Of a stretch of 64,000 nucleotides of DNA, positions 21,713-34,348 are shown piece by piece; positions within the stretch are counted from its first letter, which is position 1, and every line of letters starts with the position of its first letter. The position numbers and the translations under genes are program-made. The notes under the pieces are model-generated. The model worked only from the letters and a program-made list of their open reading frames with translations. It did not search any database and was not told the DNA's origin. This DNA is from Bacilli bacterium (GTDB lineage: Bacteria; Bacillota_I; Bacilli_A; RF39; UBA660), in NCBI GenBank assembly GCA_037071015.1, contig JBAMOY010000001.1:880847-944846 (forward strand), given 5' to 3'.

Positions 21713-21764
21713 CCTTAATATAATTATTATAACACGATTTTATAAATTACTTAATAATAAAAAA

Positions 21765-21789
21765 AAGATAACTGCAAAACAGTTATCTT
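21765..21789. promoter_or_regulatory. perfect 10-bp inverted repeat (AAGATAACTG-caaaa-CAGTTATCTT) in the polA/uvsE divergent promoter region
   Basis: Seen directly. No gene ends here, so it is more likely an operator than a terminator. Confidence 0.4.
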
Positions 21790-21796
21790 TGAAACC

Positions 21797-21812
21797 GGTA
21801 ACTAATGTTACC
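21797..21812. promoter_or_regulatory. palindrome GGTAAC-TAAT-GTTACC, a candidate LexA (Cheo-box-like) operator
   Basis: Same architecture as the Gram-positive SOS box GAAC-N4-GTTC. Lies between polA and uvsE, two typical SOS genes. Confidence 0.35.
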
Positions 21813-21888
21813 ATTATTATATTGTCCCTTTTATATCTTTATATACATTAATTTTTAAAATATTTACATATTATAAATGGTGATATAT

Positions 21889-22842
21889 ATGATAATCAGA
21901 TTAGGCTATGTAGCCATTAGTAAAGCCCTAGATAATATTACTTCATCCAGTAGTCTAAGCTACACTAATTATTTAAAGTTACCTGAAGAAGAACGATTAA
22001 AAAAAATAGATTATACTATCCTATCAAATTTAATAGACTTAAAAAAAATTATTAATTATAATATTAAAAATAATATTCATTTTTATCGTTTAACATCTAA
22101 ATTAATTCCTTTAGCTACTCATCAAGACGTAGATTATGATTATATTAAACCTTACCAAGCTCTTTTTCAAGAAATCGGAACGCTTATTAAAGACAATCAA
22201 TTACGAGTTGATGTCCATCCTGATCAATTTGCTGTTTTAAATAGCACTAAAAAAGAAGTCGTTGACAATACTTTTGAAATTTTAAAGTATCACCATAACA
22301 TTTTAAAAGCATTAAATATTAAAAATAAAATCATTATTTTACACATTGGTAGTAGTGTTCTTGGAAAAACTAATTCTCTCAAACGATTTAGTAACAATTT
22401 CAACAAACTACCCAAAGAAATTAGAGAATGTATTGCTCTAGAAAATGATGATAAAACCTATAACATTGAAGATTGCTTAACCTTATGTGAACAATTAAAT
22501 ATACCTATGGTTTTAGATTATCACCATTACATTTGTAATAGTGGTAATCTAGATATTAACACCTATTATAATCGCATTTTCAACACATGGAAAAACACTA
22601 ATCCCAAAATACACTTTTCATCACCAAAAAATAAAACAAAAAAAGATATGCGTAGTCATCACGATTATATTAATCCTGATGATTTCATATTCTTTATCGA
22701 TAACATTAAAAAGTTACCTTATGATGTTGATATTATGTTAGAAGCTAAAGCCAAAGATGATGCTCTATTTCGATTAGTTAGACAACTAAAATATAAAAGT
22801 AACTATCAATTTATCGATGACACTACTTTTAAGGTAGAATAA
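21889..22842 (+). CDS. uvsE: UV DNA damage endonuclease
   Basis: MIIRLGYV start, FYRLTSKLIPLATH, ENDDKTY, HHDYINPDDF, and a C-terminal EAKAKD all match B. subtilis UvsE. ATG 21889 with a GGTGA RBS is preferred over the track's 21877. Confidence 0.8.
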   Translation: MIIRLGYVAISKALDNITSSSSLSYTNYLKLPEEERLKKIDYTILSNLIDLKKIINYNIKNNIHFYRLTSKLIPLATHQDVDYDYIKPYQALFQEIGTLIKDNQLRVDVHPDQFAVLNSTKKEVVDNTFEILKYHHNILKALNIKNKIIILHIGSSVLGKTNSLKRFSNNFNKLPKEIRECIALENDDKTYNIEDCLTLCEQLNIPMVLDYHHYICNSGNLDINTYYNRIFNTWKNTNPKIHFSSPKNKTKKDMRSHHDYINPDDFIFFIDNIKKLPYDVDIMLEAKAKDDALFRLVRQLKYKSNYQFIDDTTFKVE

Positions 22843-23491
22843 TTTTCTTCTCTTTATTGTGATTTTGCTCAACTATAAAATTATAGTAAGACAAATCATT
22901 AGGTGCATCATATAAATTACGTCTCCTACTATCTAAAATATAGCCAATACTATTAACAACTTCACAATGACCTACATATAAATACCTATACAAATCACAC
23001 TCAGATATTTGATCAAACGGTAAAGCAGTTTTAATAGCTTTGATAATGTTAAAAATTAAGTCATCTTGTTTTTCGATGATTGCACTTTCTTTAATTACAT
23101 TAACTTTTGCTAAAGCATCACGGTCCTTACCGATATCATTAAGACATTGATAACGTCTATTCGCGTGACACTCAACTACGATTGTCGAAAGTTCCAACGC
23201 TAAAAATAATTCACTTAAAGTTAAAGTGCTTAATTTATTTATGTAATCTAAATTGTTAATTTGATTTATAATGTCAATGTCCGACAAGCTTCCATCGAAC
23301 AATATTTCATTAGTATCTCTATTTTCTAATTTGCTTATTTCACTCATTAAAAATTTATTTATTTGCACACCATTAAAATTATACACTTTCGTTAAAACTC
23401 TTAAAATAAAATCATAAACTTTTCTTTGCTCTAAAATGTCATTGGCCTTATAATATTGATAAATCAGTTTACTAATTAAATAACTATCCAT
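22829..23491 (-). CDS. hypothetical protein (220 aa)
   Basis: Clean ORF. Overlaps the uvsE 3' end on the opposite strand by 14 nt. Confidence 0.4.
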   Translation of the reverse strand: MDSYLISKLIYQYYKANDILEQRKVYDFILRVLTKVYNFNGVQINKFLMSEISKLENRDTNEILFDGSLSDIDIINQINNLDYINKLSTLTLSELFLALELSTIVVECHANRRYQCLNDIGKDRDALAKVNVIKESAIIEKQDDLIFNIIKAIKTALPFDQISECDLYRYLYVGHCEVVNSIGYILDSRRRNLYDAPNDLSYYNFIVEQNHNKEKKIILP

Positions 23492-23547
23492 AATAAACCT
23501 CCTAAAAAACAGTTAATATTATATATTAACTGTTTTTTGGTGTCAAA

Positions 23548-26500
23548 TTAAAATAAACTTAATTGACTTGATTCATCCATACCTTCTAAAATACCCATAC
23601 TACGAAGTTTTTCAATTAAAGTACCCGATATTTTAGCACGCTTTTGAAGATCTTCTATACTTAAGAATTCACCCTTTTCACGCTCTACAACAATATTTTT
23701 AGCTACGGTATCACCCAAACCATCAATTGAAGCAAACGGTGGATAAATTGAGGTATCATCCTTAACATTCCAAATAGTAGAATTACTTTTATCTAATTCT
23801 ATTGGTAAGAATTTAATTCCCCTTGCAGTTGCTTCCAAACAAACTTTCAAGCTTTCAAGTTGACCTAATTCTTTGTTTGTTGCTTCATATCCTTTACTTT
23901 GTATTTCAATAATCTTGTTCTTAATAGCATCATAACCTTTAATCATTGTCTCAACATCGACATCAGTCGCTTTAGAAGTCAACCATGAAGCATAGAAATA
24001 AACAGGCATGTGAACTTTATACCAAGCAATACGAAAAGCACTAATAACATAAGCAGCCGCATGTGCTTTAGGGAACATATATTTTATTTTCTCACAAGAA
24101 TCGATAAACCATTTTTCAATTCCAGCTTTTTCCATCGTTTCTCGATGTGTCTCCCAAGTTTCAGGATCTTTACTTGCCCGTCCTTTACGGACAAATTCCA
24201 TAATTTTAAATGCTTTAATTGGTTCGACACCTTTATACATCAAATATACCATAATATCATCACGACAGCCAATAACTTCTTTAAATGGAACAATCTTATT
24301 CTTAATTAATTCTTGAGCATTGCCAAGCCACACATCAGTACCATGTGATAAACCTGAAATTTTAATTAATTCAGCAAATGTCTTTGGTTTAGTTTCAGCA
24401 ACCATACTTATCGTAAATGGTGTCCCAAATTCAGGTATTCCTAAAGTTCCCGTTTCACACATTATCTGGTCATTAGTTACTCCTAAAGCCTTAGTTGAAG
24501 TAAAAATACTCATCGTATCTTTATCATCAAGTGGGACTTCCAAAATATCTGTTTTAGTTAAATCTTGTATCATACGTAGCTGTGTCGGATCAGAGTGACC
24601 AAGAATATCTAGTTTAAGAACATCTTGATCAATAGCATGATAATCAAAGTGTGTTGTTCGCCATTCAGCTGTCACATCATCAGCAGGAAACTGAAAAGGA
24701 GTAAAATCAAAGACATCCATATAACCTGGAATAACAACAATTCCTCCTGGATGTTGACCAGTGGTTCTCTTAACACCTGTACACCCAATAGCCAGTCTTT
24801 CTACTTCAGCAGTCCGCATTGAAATACCCTTATCCTCACAATATCCTTTAACATAACCAAAGGCAGTTTTATCCGCTACTGTACCAATTGTTCCGGCTCG
24901 ATAAACATTGTCTTCACCAAATAATACCTTAGTATAAGCATGCGCTGAAGCTTGATTTAAATCAGAAAAATTTAAATCGATATCAGGTACTTTATCTGCA
25001 TTAAACCCTAAGAAAGTCGCAAATGGCATATCTTGACCATCTTTATACAGACTAGTTCCACATACTGGACAAGCCTTATCCGGCAAATCAAAACCGCTAG
25101 AATAATCAGCTCCCAATGGTTTACCATTATCATCATTAAAGATACTATGTTGACAATTCTTACAACGATAATGTGCTGGCAAAGGATTAACCTCGGTTAT
25201 CCCCATCATCGTCGCCACAAAACTAGAACCAACAGATCCACGTGAACCTACCAAATAACCGTCATCATTTGAATGTTTTACTAACTTTTGAGCAATCAAA
25301 TAGATAACATCAAAGCCACCACCAATTATACCACCCAAATTTTTCTTAACCTTTTTATCTAACTCAGCCTCGGTTAATTCTTCTGTTTCTTTGCTTTTAA
25401 TATTACTACGAATTAATTCTTTAACCGCATCAAAACCATTCAAAATAGTTTCATGCACTCGTTTAAAAATTTCATCATCAAGTTGTTGTTCATCGATATT
25501 ACCATCTGTTAATAGTAAATCTTTAATACTATTATATACTCCATCACCATACAACTCTTTCGCAATTCGTTCTTCAATATTGTGTGGAAGTGGATCACCA
25601 TACCATTCTTTGGCTTTATCATAAACCAATTCTGTCACCGTTTCAACTGACTTATCAATTTTAGGTGAGAATGGAACCCCACCTGTTTCAATTATAACCT
25701 CAATAATTTCCACCATATCAGCAATTTTGTTAGGATTAGTAACAACTAATTCATAAGCTTTATCATTACCTAAATAAGCAAAATCGCCTAACATTTCTGC
25801 AGTAGTACGAAAATGATTACTTGGAATAGAAGTGATATTATTTCGAGCTAGTGGATGTCTACCACCACCCGGTACTTTTTGGTTGACAATTATTTCACGA
25901 TATATTTTGTCATCTCGATGTAAATGATGAACATCGCCTGTCGCTACTACCATTTTACCAGCATCATCAGCAACTCTAATAATCTTCTTTATATTTTCAA
26001 TAATTTCATTTTGATTTTCAAAATCCTTCATTTGTAATAAATGATCGTAACACTCTAGTGGTTGCACTTCAACATAATCGTAAAAATTAATAACATTCGC
26101 TAACTCTTCTTCACTTTTTGATCGAGCTAAAGTAAAAACTTCTCCCTCATAACAACCACTACCAATTAATAATCCCTCACGTAAACGACTAATCTCGCTA
26201 CGTAAAATTCGTGGTGTTTTATATAAATATTTAGTATTAGCTAAACTAATAATTTTAAATAGATTTTTTAACCCAACCTTATTACGCGTTAAAATATTAA
26301 TATGACAACCCCGACCATATTTATGAATTTCATCCTTTGATACTAATTTATCCAACTCGTTCATTTTTTCAATATTACGATCGTTTAATTTCTTTAACAT
26401 TTTATGAAAAACAAGTGCTGTCCCTTCAGCATCGTAATCAGCACGGTGATGTGCTGTCTCATCCCAAGGAACATTATATCGCTTAACTAAAGCCGATAAA

Positions 26501-27618
26501 CTATGACGGGCAAATCCCGTATCTAATGTTCGTGATAATTCTAAAGTATCGATTACAGGATTATTAAATTCACCCAAATTATATTTTAATAAAGCCATTT
26601 CTAAGAATGATACATCAAATTTGGCATTGTGAGCCACCATTGGTAAATCACCATACCACGCCTTAAAACGTTTAATCGCATTTTCCTCGGTGTCTTTATC
26701 TTCTAGCATTTCATCAGTTATATTGGTAACCTCAATTATTTTACTAGCTAACTTATGACCTGGATTAACTAATTCATCATAACGGTCAATAATTTCGCCG
26801 TTATTGATTTTTACTGCTCCTATTTCGATAATTGAATCTTTACCGCCAGCATTGAATCCCGTCGTTTCAAAGTCAAATACAACGTACGTATTGTCCAATA
26901 AAACTGTATCATTCGGCCTAGTTACAATATCGACAGAATCATCAATCATAAATAATTCAGTTCCATAAATGGCTTTAAATTTATCTTCCTCTTTTTCAAT
27001 ACCTTTGTTAAAATCACAGACAGTATGATAAACATCAGGAAAAGCTTGAACGCCATTATGATCGGTAATAGCAATAGCTTTATGCCCCCACTTTTTGGCT
27101 GTTTTTAATAATTCTTTCGCTTGAACTACACCATCCATCTGACTCATCATAGTATGAGCATGAAGTTCAACTCTCTTAACTGGTGCTTCATCTTTAATTT
27201 CTTCATTTTCACGCTCTAAAACATTAATATCACGAATATTTAAAGTCAATTCTTTACTGTACGCATCGTCTTTAACCCCACCACGAAACGTAAACCAACT
27301 ACTCTTTTTTAACCCTTTCTTTATTGTTTTAAATTCCTCGTCATCATGAATAAATAACTTACCATAAATACTATCTGTATAATCAGTAATCTTCAAGGTC
27401 ATAATTTTTAAACCGGTTTTCGTCTCAATGACATCATCACCAAAAATTGTTCCTTCAATAGTAACATTATTCATTGGTGTAATAATATTTTTAATAATCT
27501 CCACTTCGTCATCAATGACTCTACCCATTACTACTGCTTCATTATCTCTATCGACAATTAATGGCCGATGCTCTTTAGGAATAAATTTACTCTTCTTTTT
27601 CTTCAGCCTTTGGTACAA
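23548..27618 (-). CDS. polC: DNA polymerase III PolC-type, major (C-terminal) fragment: OB domain, PHP, exonuclease and polymerase core
   Basis: KITDYTDSI, HAHTMMSQMDG (PHP), FDFETTG/AHNAKFDVSF (DEDDh exonuclease), and PKAHAAAYV all align colinearly with B. subtilis PolC. The track start at 27618 is a TTG artefact. The frame is open upstream into the overlap with the N-terminal fragment. Confidence 0.9.
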   Translation of the reverse strand: MYQRLKKKKSKFIPKEHRPLIVDRDNEAVVMGRVIDDEVEIIKNIITPMNNVTIEGTIFGDDVIETKTGLKIMTLKITDYTDSIYGKLFIHDDEEFKTIKKGLKKSSWFTFRGGVKDDAYSKELTLNIRDINVLERENEEIKDEAPVKRVELHAHTMMSQMDGVVQAKELLKTAKKWGHKAIAITDHNGVQAFPDVYHTVCDFNKGIEKEEDKFKAIYGTELFMIDDSVDIVTRPNDTVLLDNTYVVFDFETTGFNAGGKDSIIEIGAVKINNGEIIDRYDELVNPGHKLASKIIEVTNITDEMLEDKDTEENAIKRFKAWYGDLPMVAHNAKFDVSFLEMALLKYNLGEFNNPVIDTLELSRTLDTGFARHSLSALVKRYNVPWDETAHHRADYDAEGTALVFHKMLKKLNDRNIEKMNELDKLVSKDEIHKYGRGCHINILTRNKVGLKNLFKIISLANTKYLYKTPRILRSEISRLREGLLIGSGCYEGEVFTLARSKSEEELANVINFYDYVEVQPLECYDHLLQMKDFENQNEIIENIKKIIRVADDAGKMVVATGDVHHLHRDDKIYREIIVNQKVPGGGRHPLARNNITSIPSNHFRTTAEMLGDFAYLGNDKAYELVVTNPNKIADMVEIIEVIIETGGVPFSPKIDKSVETVTELVYDKAKEWYGDPLPHNIEERIAKELYGDGVYNSIKDLLLTDGNIDEQQLDDEIFKRVHETILNGFDAVKELIRSNIKSKETEELTEAELDKKVKKNLGGIIGGGFDVIYLIAQKLVKHSNDDGYLVGSRGSVGSSFVATMMGITEVNPLPAHYRCKNCQHSIFNDDNGKPLGADYSSGFDLPDKACPVCGTSLYKDGQDMPFATFLGFNADKVPDIDLNFSDLNQASAHAYTKVLFGEDNVYRAGTIGTVADKTAFGYVKGYCEDKGISMRTAEVERLAIGCTGVKRTTGQHPGGIVVIPGYMDVFDFTPFQFPADDVTAEWRTTHFDYHAIDQDVLKLDILGHSDPTQLRMIQDLTKTDILEVPLDDKDTMSIFTSTKALGVTNDQIMCETGTLGIPEFGTPFTISMVAETKPKTFAELIKISGLSHGTDVWLGNAQELIKNKIVPFKEVIGCRDDIMVYLMYKGVEPIKAFKIMEFVRKGRASKDPETWETHRETMEKAGIEKWFIDSCEKIKYMFPKAHAAAYVISAFRIAWYKVHMPVYFYASWLTSKATDVDVETMIKGYDAIKNKIIEIQSKGYEATNKELGQLESLKVCLEATARGIKFLPIELDKSNSTIWNVKDDTSIYPPFASIDGLGDTVAKNIVVEREKGEFLSIEDLQKRAKISGTLIEKLRSMGILEGMDESSQLSLF

Positions 27619-28168
27619 CTACTGGTTCTTTGGGTAATACAATATTAGGTTGCATAGCCTCTGTTATCTCTTTATTTATATTAACATTTAAATTAGAATC
27701 AATAACAATACTGATATTTAAATCAGCATAACCAGCCTTAATAAATTTTTCTAATAAGACATCTTTAATATCTAATATTTGCCGTTCTTCGGCTTTATTA
27801 GCTACTAAAATGTCGATCTGTTTATCTGTAATAACAATTGCATCATCGCTAATTAGGCCAATTAAAGGTCTTTCTTTAATAATCATCTGCATAAAATAGT
27901 GCAAATAATCTTTTATTAAATCAGTATTTACATTTTTAACATCAAATATAGCAGTTACTGTTTTAATAGTTGGAAAAGCTTTAATCAAACTACAATTAAA
28001 AACATCATATATATTAACAGGTAAGTTAGTATCCAAAGTGATTAAAAATTTATAATTATCCTTATCCTTATTTCCAACAATTCTAGTCAAAAAGGCACCA
28101 TTAAAATAATGACAGTCACTATCATTTAGCTTAATTTGTTTTAATAGAATTTCCATTTTATCCTGCAT
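27587..28168 (-). CDS. polC: DNA polymerase III PolC-type, N-terminal domain fragment (ends TAA, +1 frame relative to the rest of polC)
   Basis: MQDKMEILLKQIKLNDSD..FLITLDTNLPVNIYDVF..IKERPLIGLISDD aligns with residues 1-190 of B. subtilis PolC. GGTGGT RBS before ATG 28168. Confidence 0.8.
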   Translation of the reverse strand: MQDKMEILLKQIKLNDSDCHYFNGAFLTRIVGNKDKDNYKFLITLDTNLPVNIYDVFNCSLIKAFPTIKTVTAIFDVKNVNTDLIKDYLHYFMQMIIKERPLIGLISDDAIVITDKQIDILVANKAEERQILDIKDVLLEKFIKAGYADLNISIVIDSNLNVNINKEITEAMQPNIVLPKEPVVVPKAEEKEE

Positions 28169-28251
28169 ATTACCACCAATATTTATTGTATCAAAAAAAA
28201 GATTAATAATAAACAATTATTAATCTTTTCAAATCATTATTATTTAACTGA

Positions 28252-28677
28252 TTATACTGGAATATTAGAAAATTTAGGCTTTTTTACTTTTTGAAATGAC
28301 ATTTGACCCAAATCATCATTCGCAGTTGATAATTCATTTTTGATAACTTCTATCTCTCCATCAAAATACACTTTAAATCTCTTACCAAAAATCATTTCTT
28401 GTTGCGCTATCCAATTATTAATAAACAATATTGGATTTTCAGCACTATTATATCCTGCTTTTAATTCTATTAAATCAAGCTCAATAAATTGACGATTCTT
28501 AAGTAAAAGTTTCGTTCTAGCATTATTCAAAGCGGAAACGATTTTATAATCTGGAACGATTTCTCCATTCAAATACTCCGATAACGATTTTACCTCTTCC
28601 CATGATGATAAAGCATTCATTCCTGTAATCACGTTAAGTATTGTCGCTAATTTATATTCTCTATACATTTCTCTCAA
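28252..28677 (-). CDS. hypothetical protein (141 aa) directly upstream of polC
   Basis: ORF with an AAAGGA RBS (TTG or ATG start) placed 30 nt after a near-consensus promoter. Confidence 0.45.
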   Translation of the reverse strand: MREMYREYKLATILNVITGMNALSSWEEVKSLSEYLNGEIVPDYKIVSALNNARTKLLLKNRQFIELDLIELKAGYNSAENPILFINNWIAQQEMIFGKRFKVYFDGEIEVIKNELSTANDDLGQMSFQKVKKPKFSNIPV

Positions 28678-28710
28678 TTAAATCATCCTTTCTTTAGGCG
28701 AACGTTCAAA

Positions 28711-28739
28711 ATTATAGCACATTTTTTATCTTTATGCAA
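28711..28739 (-). promoter_or_regulatory. sigma-A-type promoter (TTGCAT-17-TATAAT) for the 141-aa gene/polC transcript
   Basis: Minus-strand -35 TTGCAT at 28734-28739, a 17-nt spacer, and -10 TATAAT at 28711-28716. Confidence 0.5.
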
Positions 28740-28882
28740 ATAAAATTTGTCTAAAGACGCAATTTTTTTGTCTTAAACACAACTTATTTTCACTGTCGAA
28801 GATTTTATCCATAATAAAAGAGATAATTTCCTATCCCTTTTTCACATATTTTTTAACAAAACAGCCACTTTTCATTAATAAT

Positions 28883-29989
28883 TTATAAATATTTATTAAA
28901 TTTCTTAAACTCACCACTATCTTCTAAATTAGTTTTAGCTAGTTGCTCAAATAATTTCTTTTGATCACGACTTAACTTTTTCGGACTAATTACTTTCAAA
29001 ATAACATACATATCACCCGGACGATGATTATGAACATTTTCAATACCTTTGCCCTTTAAACGGTGTTTATCACCGGTATTACTGCCCGCTGGAATAGATA
29101 GTTTAACATTACCATATAAAGTTGGCACTTCCTTCTTACAACCTAAAACCGCTTCAGTAATTGTCAAAGGAAGTTCAATATAAATATCATCCTCATCACG
29201 ACGATATAAATCATGATTTTCAACAATAAATTCTAAATAAATATCGCCATTCGGTCCGCCATTAACACCAGCTTCACCTTTACCACTTAAACGTAATTGG
29301 CTACCATTATCAACTCCAGCTGGAATTTTAACATCTAATGTTTTATTAACTCGAACATTACCTTTACCACGACAATGATTGCAAATACGATCAAAAGATT
29401 TTCCTTTACCATGACATTTTGGACAACTTGTCTTAGTCATAAAGGCTCCTAATAAAGTTCTTTGTTCGGTTGTGACATAACCACTACCATGACATTCTGA
29501 ACAGGTTGTTTCACCAAAACCACCTTTACCATGGCACTCATCACAAGTTTCAGTAACATCAGTATTAATTGCTTTGGTAGTCCCAAAAGCAGCCTCGATG
29601 AACGTTAATCGTACTCGAAGTAACTTATCATTCCCACGCTGTGGACGATTACTTCTACTATTCCCCCTAGAACCAAAGCCAAAGCCACCACCAAATAAAT
29701 CACCAAAAATATCGGAAAAATCAAAGTCTGAAAAATCAAAACCACCCATACCGCCTGCACCATTATTTTCAAAAGCGGCATGCCCAAATTGATCATATTG
29801 ACTTCTCTTAGAACTATCAGATAATACCGCATATGCTTCTTGCGCTTCTTTAAATTTCTCGGCCGCATCCGGTTCTTTAGAAACATCTGGGTGATATTTT
29901 TTAGCTAGTTTTCGGAAAGCACTTTTTATTTCTGTTTCGCTGGCATCTTTACTAACACCCAAAACTTCATAATAATCACGTTTATTCAT
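28883..29989 (-). CDS. dnaJ: chaperone DnaJ
   Basis: J-domain with HPD (KKYHPDVSK), Gly/Phe-rich linker, and four CxxCxGxG zinc-finger repeats. Confidence 0.9.
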   Translation of the reverse strand: MNKRDYYEVLGVSKDASETEIKSAFRKLAKKYHPDVSKEPDAAEKFKEAQEAYAVLSDSSKRSQYDQFGHAAFENNGAGGMGGFDFSDFDFSDIFGDLFGGGFGFGSRGNSRSNRPQRGNDKLLRVRLTFIEAAFGTTKAINTDVTETCDECHGKGGFGETTCSECHGSGYVTTEQRTLLGAFMTKTSCPKCHGKGKSFDRICNHCRGKGNVRVNKTLDVKIPAGVDNGSQLRLSGKGEAGVNGGPNGDIYLEFIVENHDLYRRDEDDIYIELPLTITEAVLGCKKEVPTLYGNVKLSIPAGSNTGDKHRLKGKGIENVHNHRPGDMYVILKVISPKKLSRDQKKLFEQLAKTNLEDSGEFKKFNKYL

Positions 29990-30008
29990 AACATACTCCT
30001 TTCTACTA

Positions 30009-31811
30009 CTAAGATTCTATAATTTTTTTTAACTCTTCTAATTTCTCTCTAAACATTGCTATTGCTTTTTCAATCGGTTCGCCCGTTGTCATATCAACAC
30101 CGCATTTTTTCAAGATATTTAATGGATAATCATTGCCACCACTGCTCAAAAACATTAAATAATTATCTAAAGCTCCTGGCTTATTATCTAGAATATCCTT
30201 AGAAATAGCAAGGGCTGCTGAAAGACCAGTTGCATATTTGTACACATAAAATGAAGTGTAGAAATGTGGAATTCGTGCCCACTCATATCTTATTAAATCA
30301 TCACTAATAATATTTTCACCATAATATAATTTATTTAAATTATAATAGGTATTACTGAATTCTTCTGCTGTTAAAGGAATGTTAGCTTGATATTTATCAT
30401 GCATAATCATTTCAAATTCAGCAAACATTGTTTGTCTAAAAATAGTCGTACGAACCTTATCTAAAAACTCGGTTAGATATAGAATTTTCTCTTTCTTTGT
30501 TTTTGCGTGTTTATATAAATAATCATTCAAAAATGTTTCATTTACGGTTGAAGCTATTTCAGCTAAAAAAATAGGATATTGATGATAAACATATGTCTGA
30601 TTTAAATTAGAATAAAAACTATGCATTGAATGTCCCAATTCATGAGCAGCCGTACTAACTGAATCAATCGTACCATCATAATTCAAAAGTAAATACGGTT
30701 TACTTTGATAAGTACCCCAACTATAGGCACCTGATTTTTTACCAACATTAGGATAAATATCGATCCATTTCTCTTTAAAAGCCTTTTCTAAATCGTTAAT
30801 ATATTTATTACCCAAAGGTCTTAAAGCGTCAAAAATTATCTGTTTAGCTTCTTCAAAAGGAATATTTCGTTTATCACTATCAACTAGATCAACATAAATA
30901 TCATACATATGCATTTCTTCTAAATTTAGAACCTTTTTACGAAGTCGCATATATTCATACATTGCATCCATGTTATCATGAATAATCGCAATTAATTTTT
31001 TGTAAACATTTATGTTTATATTATCACCATACAAAGCCATTTCTAATGGGTTTGTATACTTTTTGACACTGCTCAAAAAGTAATTTTCCTTAATATTACC
31101 TTTAAGTGATGACGAAAAAGTATTCTGTAACCTTTTAAAATAATTAAACATATGGTTAAAGGCCTCTATTCGAACCTCACGTTTTTTTGAATTCATATAT
31201 CGGTTATAATTACTATTTGTTAGTTCGATCTCCACACCATCTTCATCTTTAATTGTCCCAAGATTAATATCTGTATTATCTAAATTATAAAAGACATCAC
31301 TACCAGTACCAAAAGCTGAAGTTGCTTTAGATACGATCTCCTCTTCTTTTGGACTTAAAGTATGATCGACATAACGATACAATTTTTCAAAAAAGAAAGC
31401 ATATTTATGTAAACGCTCATCAGAAGCAATTAAAGCTTGCATCTCATCATAACTAGTCATTAATATTTCAGGTACTATAAAAGATAAACGATCACTAATA
31501 TCTTCATTTAATTTTTCAATCATTATCTTTCTTGCTTGTTTATCACTATCAACAGATTCACTATCAAAATCCATACCTGCATATACATATAAATTTTCTA
31601 ACTGAATATCAATTTTTTCATCTAAAGTTAAAAATTTATATAAACTGTCTGCACTATCGACAATGTGGCCCTTAAACTGTTCTAGATTTGCAACATCGTT
31701 TAATAAGTCGTCCCGTGTTTTTAAAAAAGATTTTTCATCTTGAAACAGTGCTGTTAAATCCCACTTATATTCATCATTAATCTCACAACGTTTTTTTAAT
31801 TTAGTTTCCAT
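30009..31811 (-). CDS. pepF: oligoendopeptidase F (M3B family)
   Basis: HELGHSMHS zinc-binding HExxH, about 600 aa. Preferred start METKL with an AAGGAGAA RBS; the track start is 6 codons longer. Confidence 0.8.
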   Translation of the reverse strand: METKLKKRCEINDEYKWDLTALFQDEKSFLKTRDDLLNDVANLEQFKGHIVDSADSLYKFLTLDEKIDIQLENLYVYAGMDFDSESVDSDKQARKIMIEKLNEDISDRLSFIVPEILMTSYDEMQALIASDERLHKYAFFFEKLYRYVDHTLSPKEEEIVSKATSAFGTGSDVFYNLDNTDINLGTIKDEDGVEIELTNSNYNRYMNSKKREVRIEAFNHMFNYFKRLQNTFSSSLKGNIKENYFLSSVKKYTNPLEMALYGDNININVYKKLIAIIHDNMDAMYEYMRLRKKVLNLEEMHMYDIYVDLVDSDKRNIPFEEAKQIIFDALRPLGNKYINDLEKAFKEKWIDIYPNVGKKSGAYSWGTYQSKPYLLLNYDGTIDSVSTAAHELGHSMHSFYSNLNQTYVYHQYPIFLAEIASTVNETFLNDYLYKHAKTKKEKILYLTEFLDKVRTTIFRQTMFAEFEMIMHDKYQANIPLTAEEFSNTYYNLNKLYYGENIISDDLIRYEWARIPHFYTSFYVYKYATGLSAALAISKDILDNKPGALDNYLMFLSSGGNDYPLNILKKCGVDMTTGEPIEKAIAMFREKLEELKKIIES

Positions 31812-31872
31812 AGTTCTCCTTAAATACATGAGAAAGTCCTAGCCACCTAGAACTTCTCATCATTATTATAAA

Positions 31873-34334
<2,462 letters not shown>

Positions 34335-34348
34335 TCTTCACCTCAATC

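Noticed and set aside
24010-25624. Plus-strand ORFs (99, 92, 65, 70 and 77 aa) inside polC
   Set aside because: They lie antisense within a strongly supported PolC coding region. They have low-complexity, AT-rich codon-shadow composition and no RBS.
29605-29886. 93-aa minus-strand ORF and 72-aa plus-strand ORF inside dnaJ
   Set aside because: These are alternative frames over the Gly/Phe-rich and zinc-finger region of DnaJ. The DnaJ frame has all of its family motifs.
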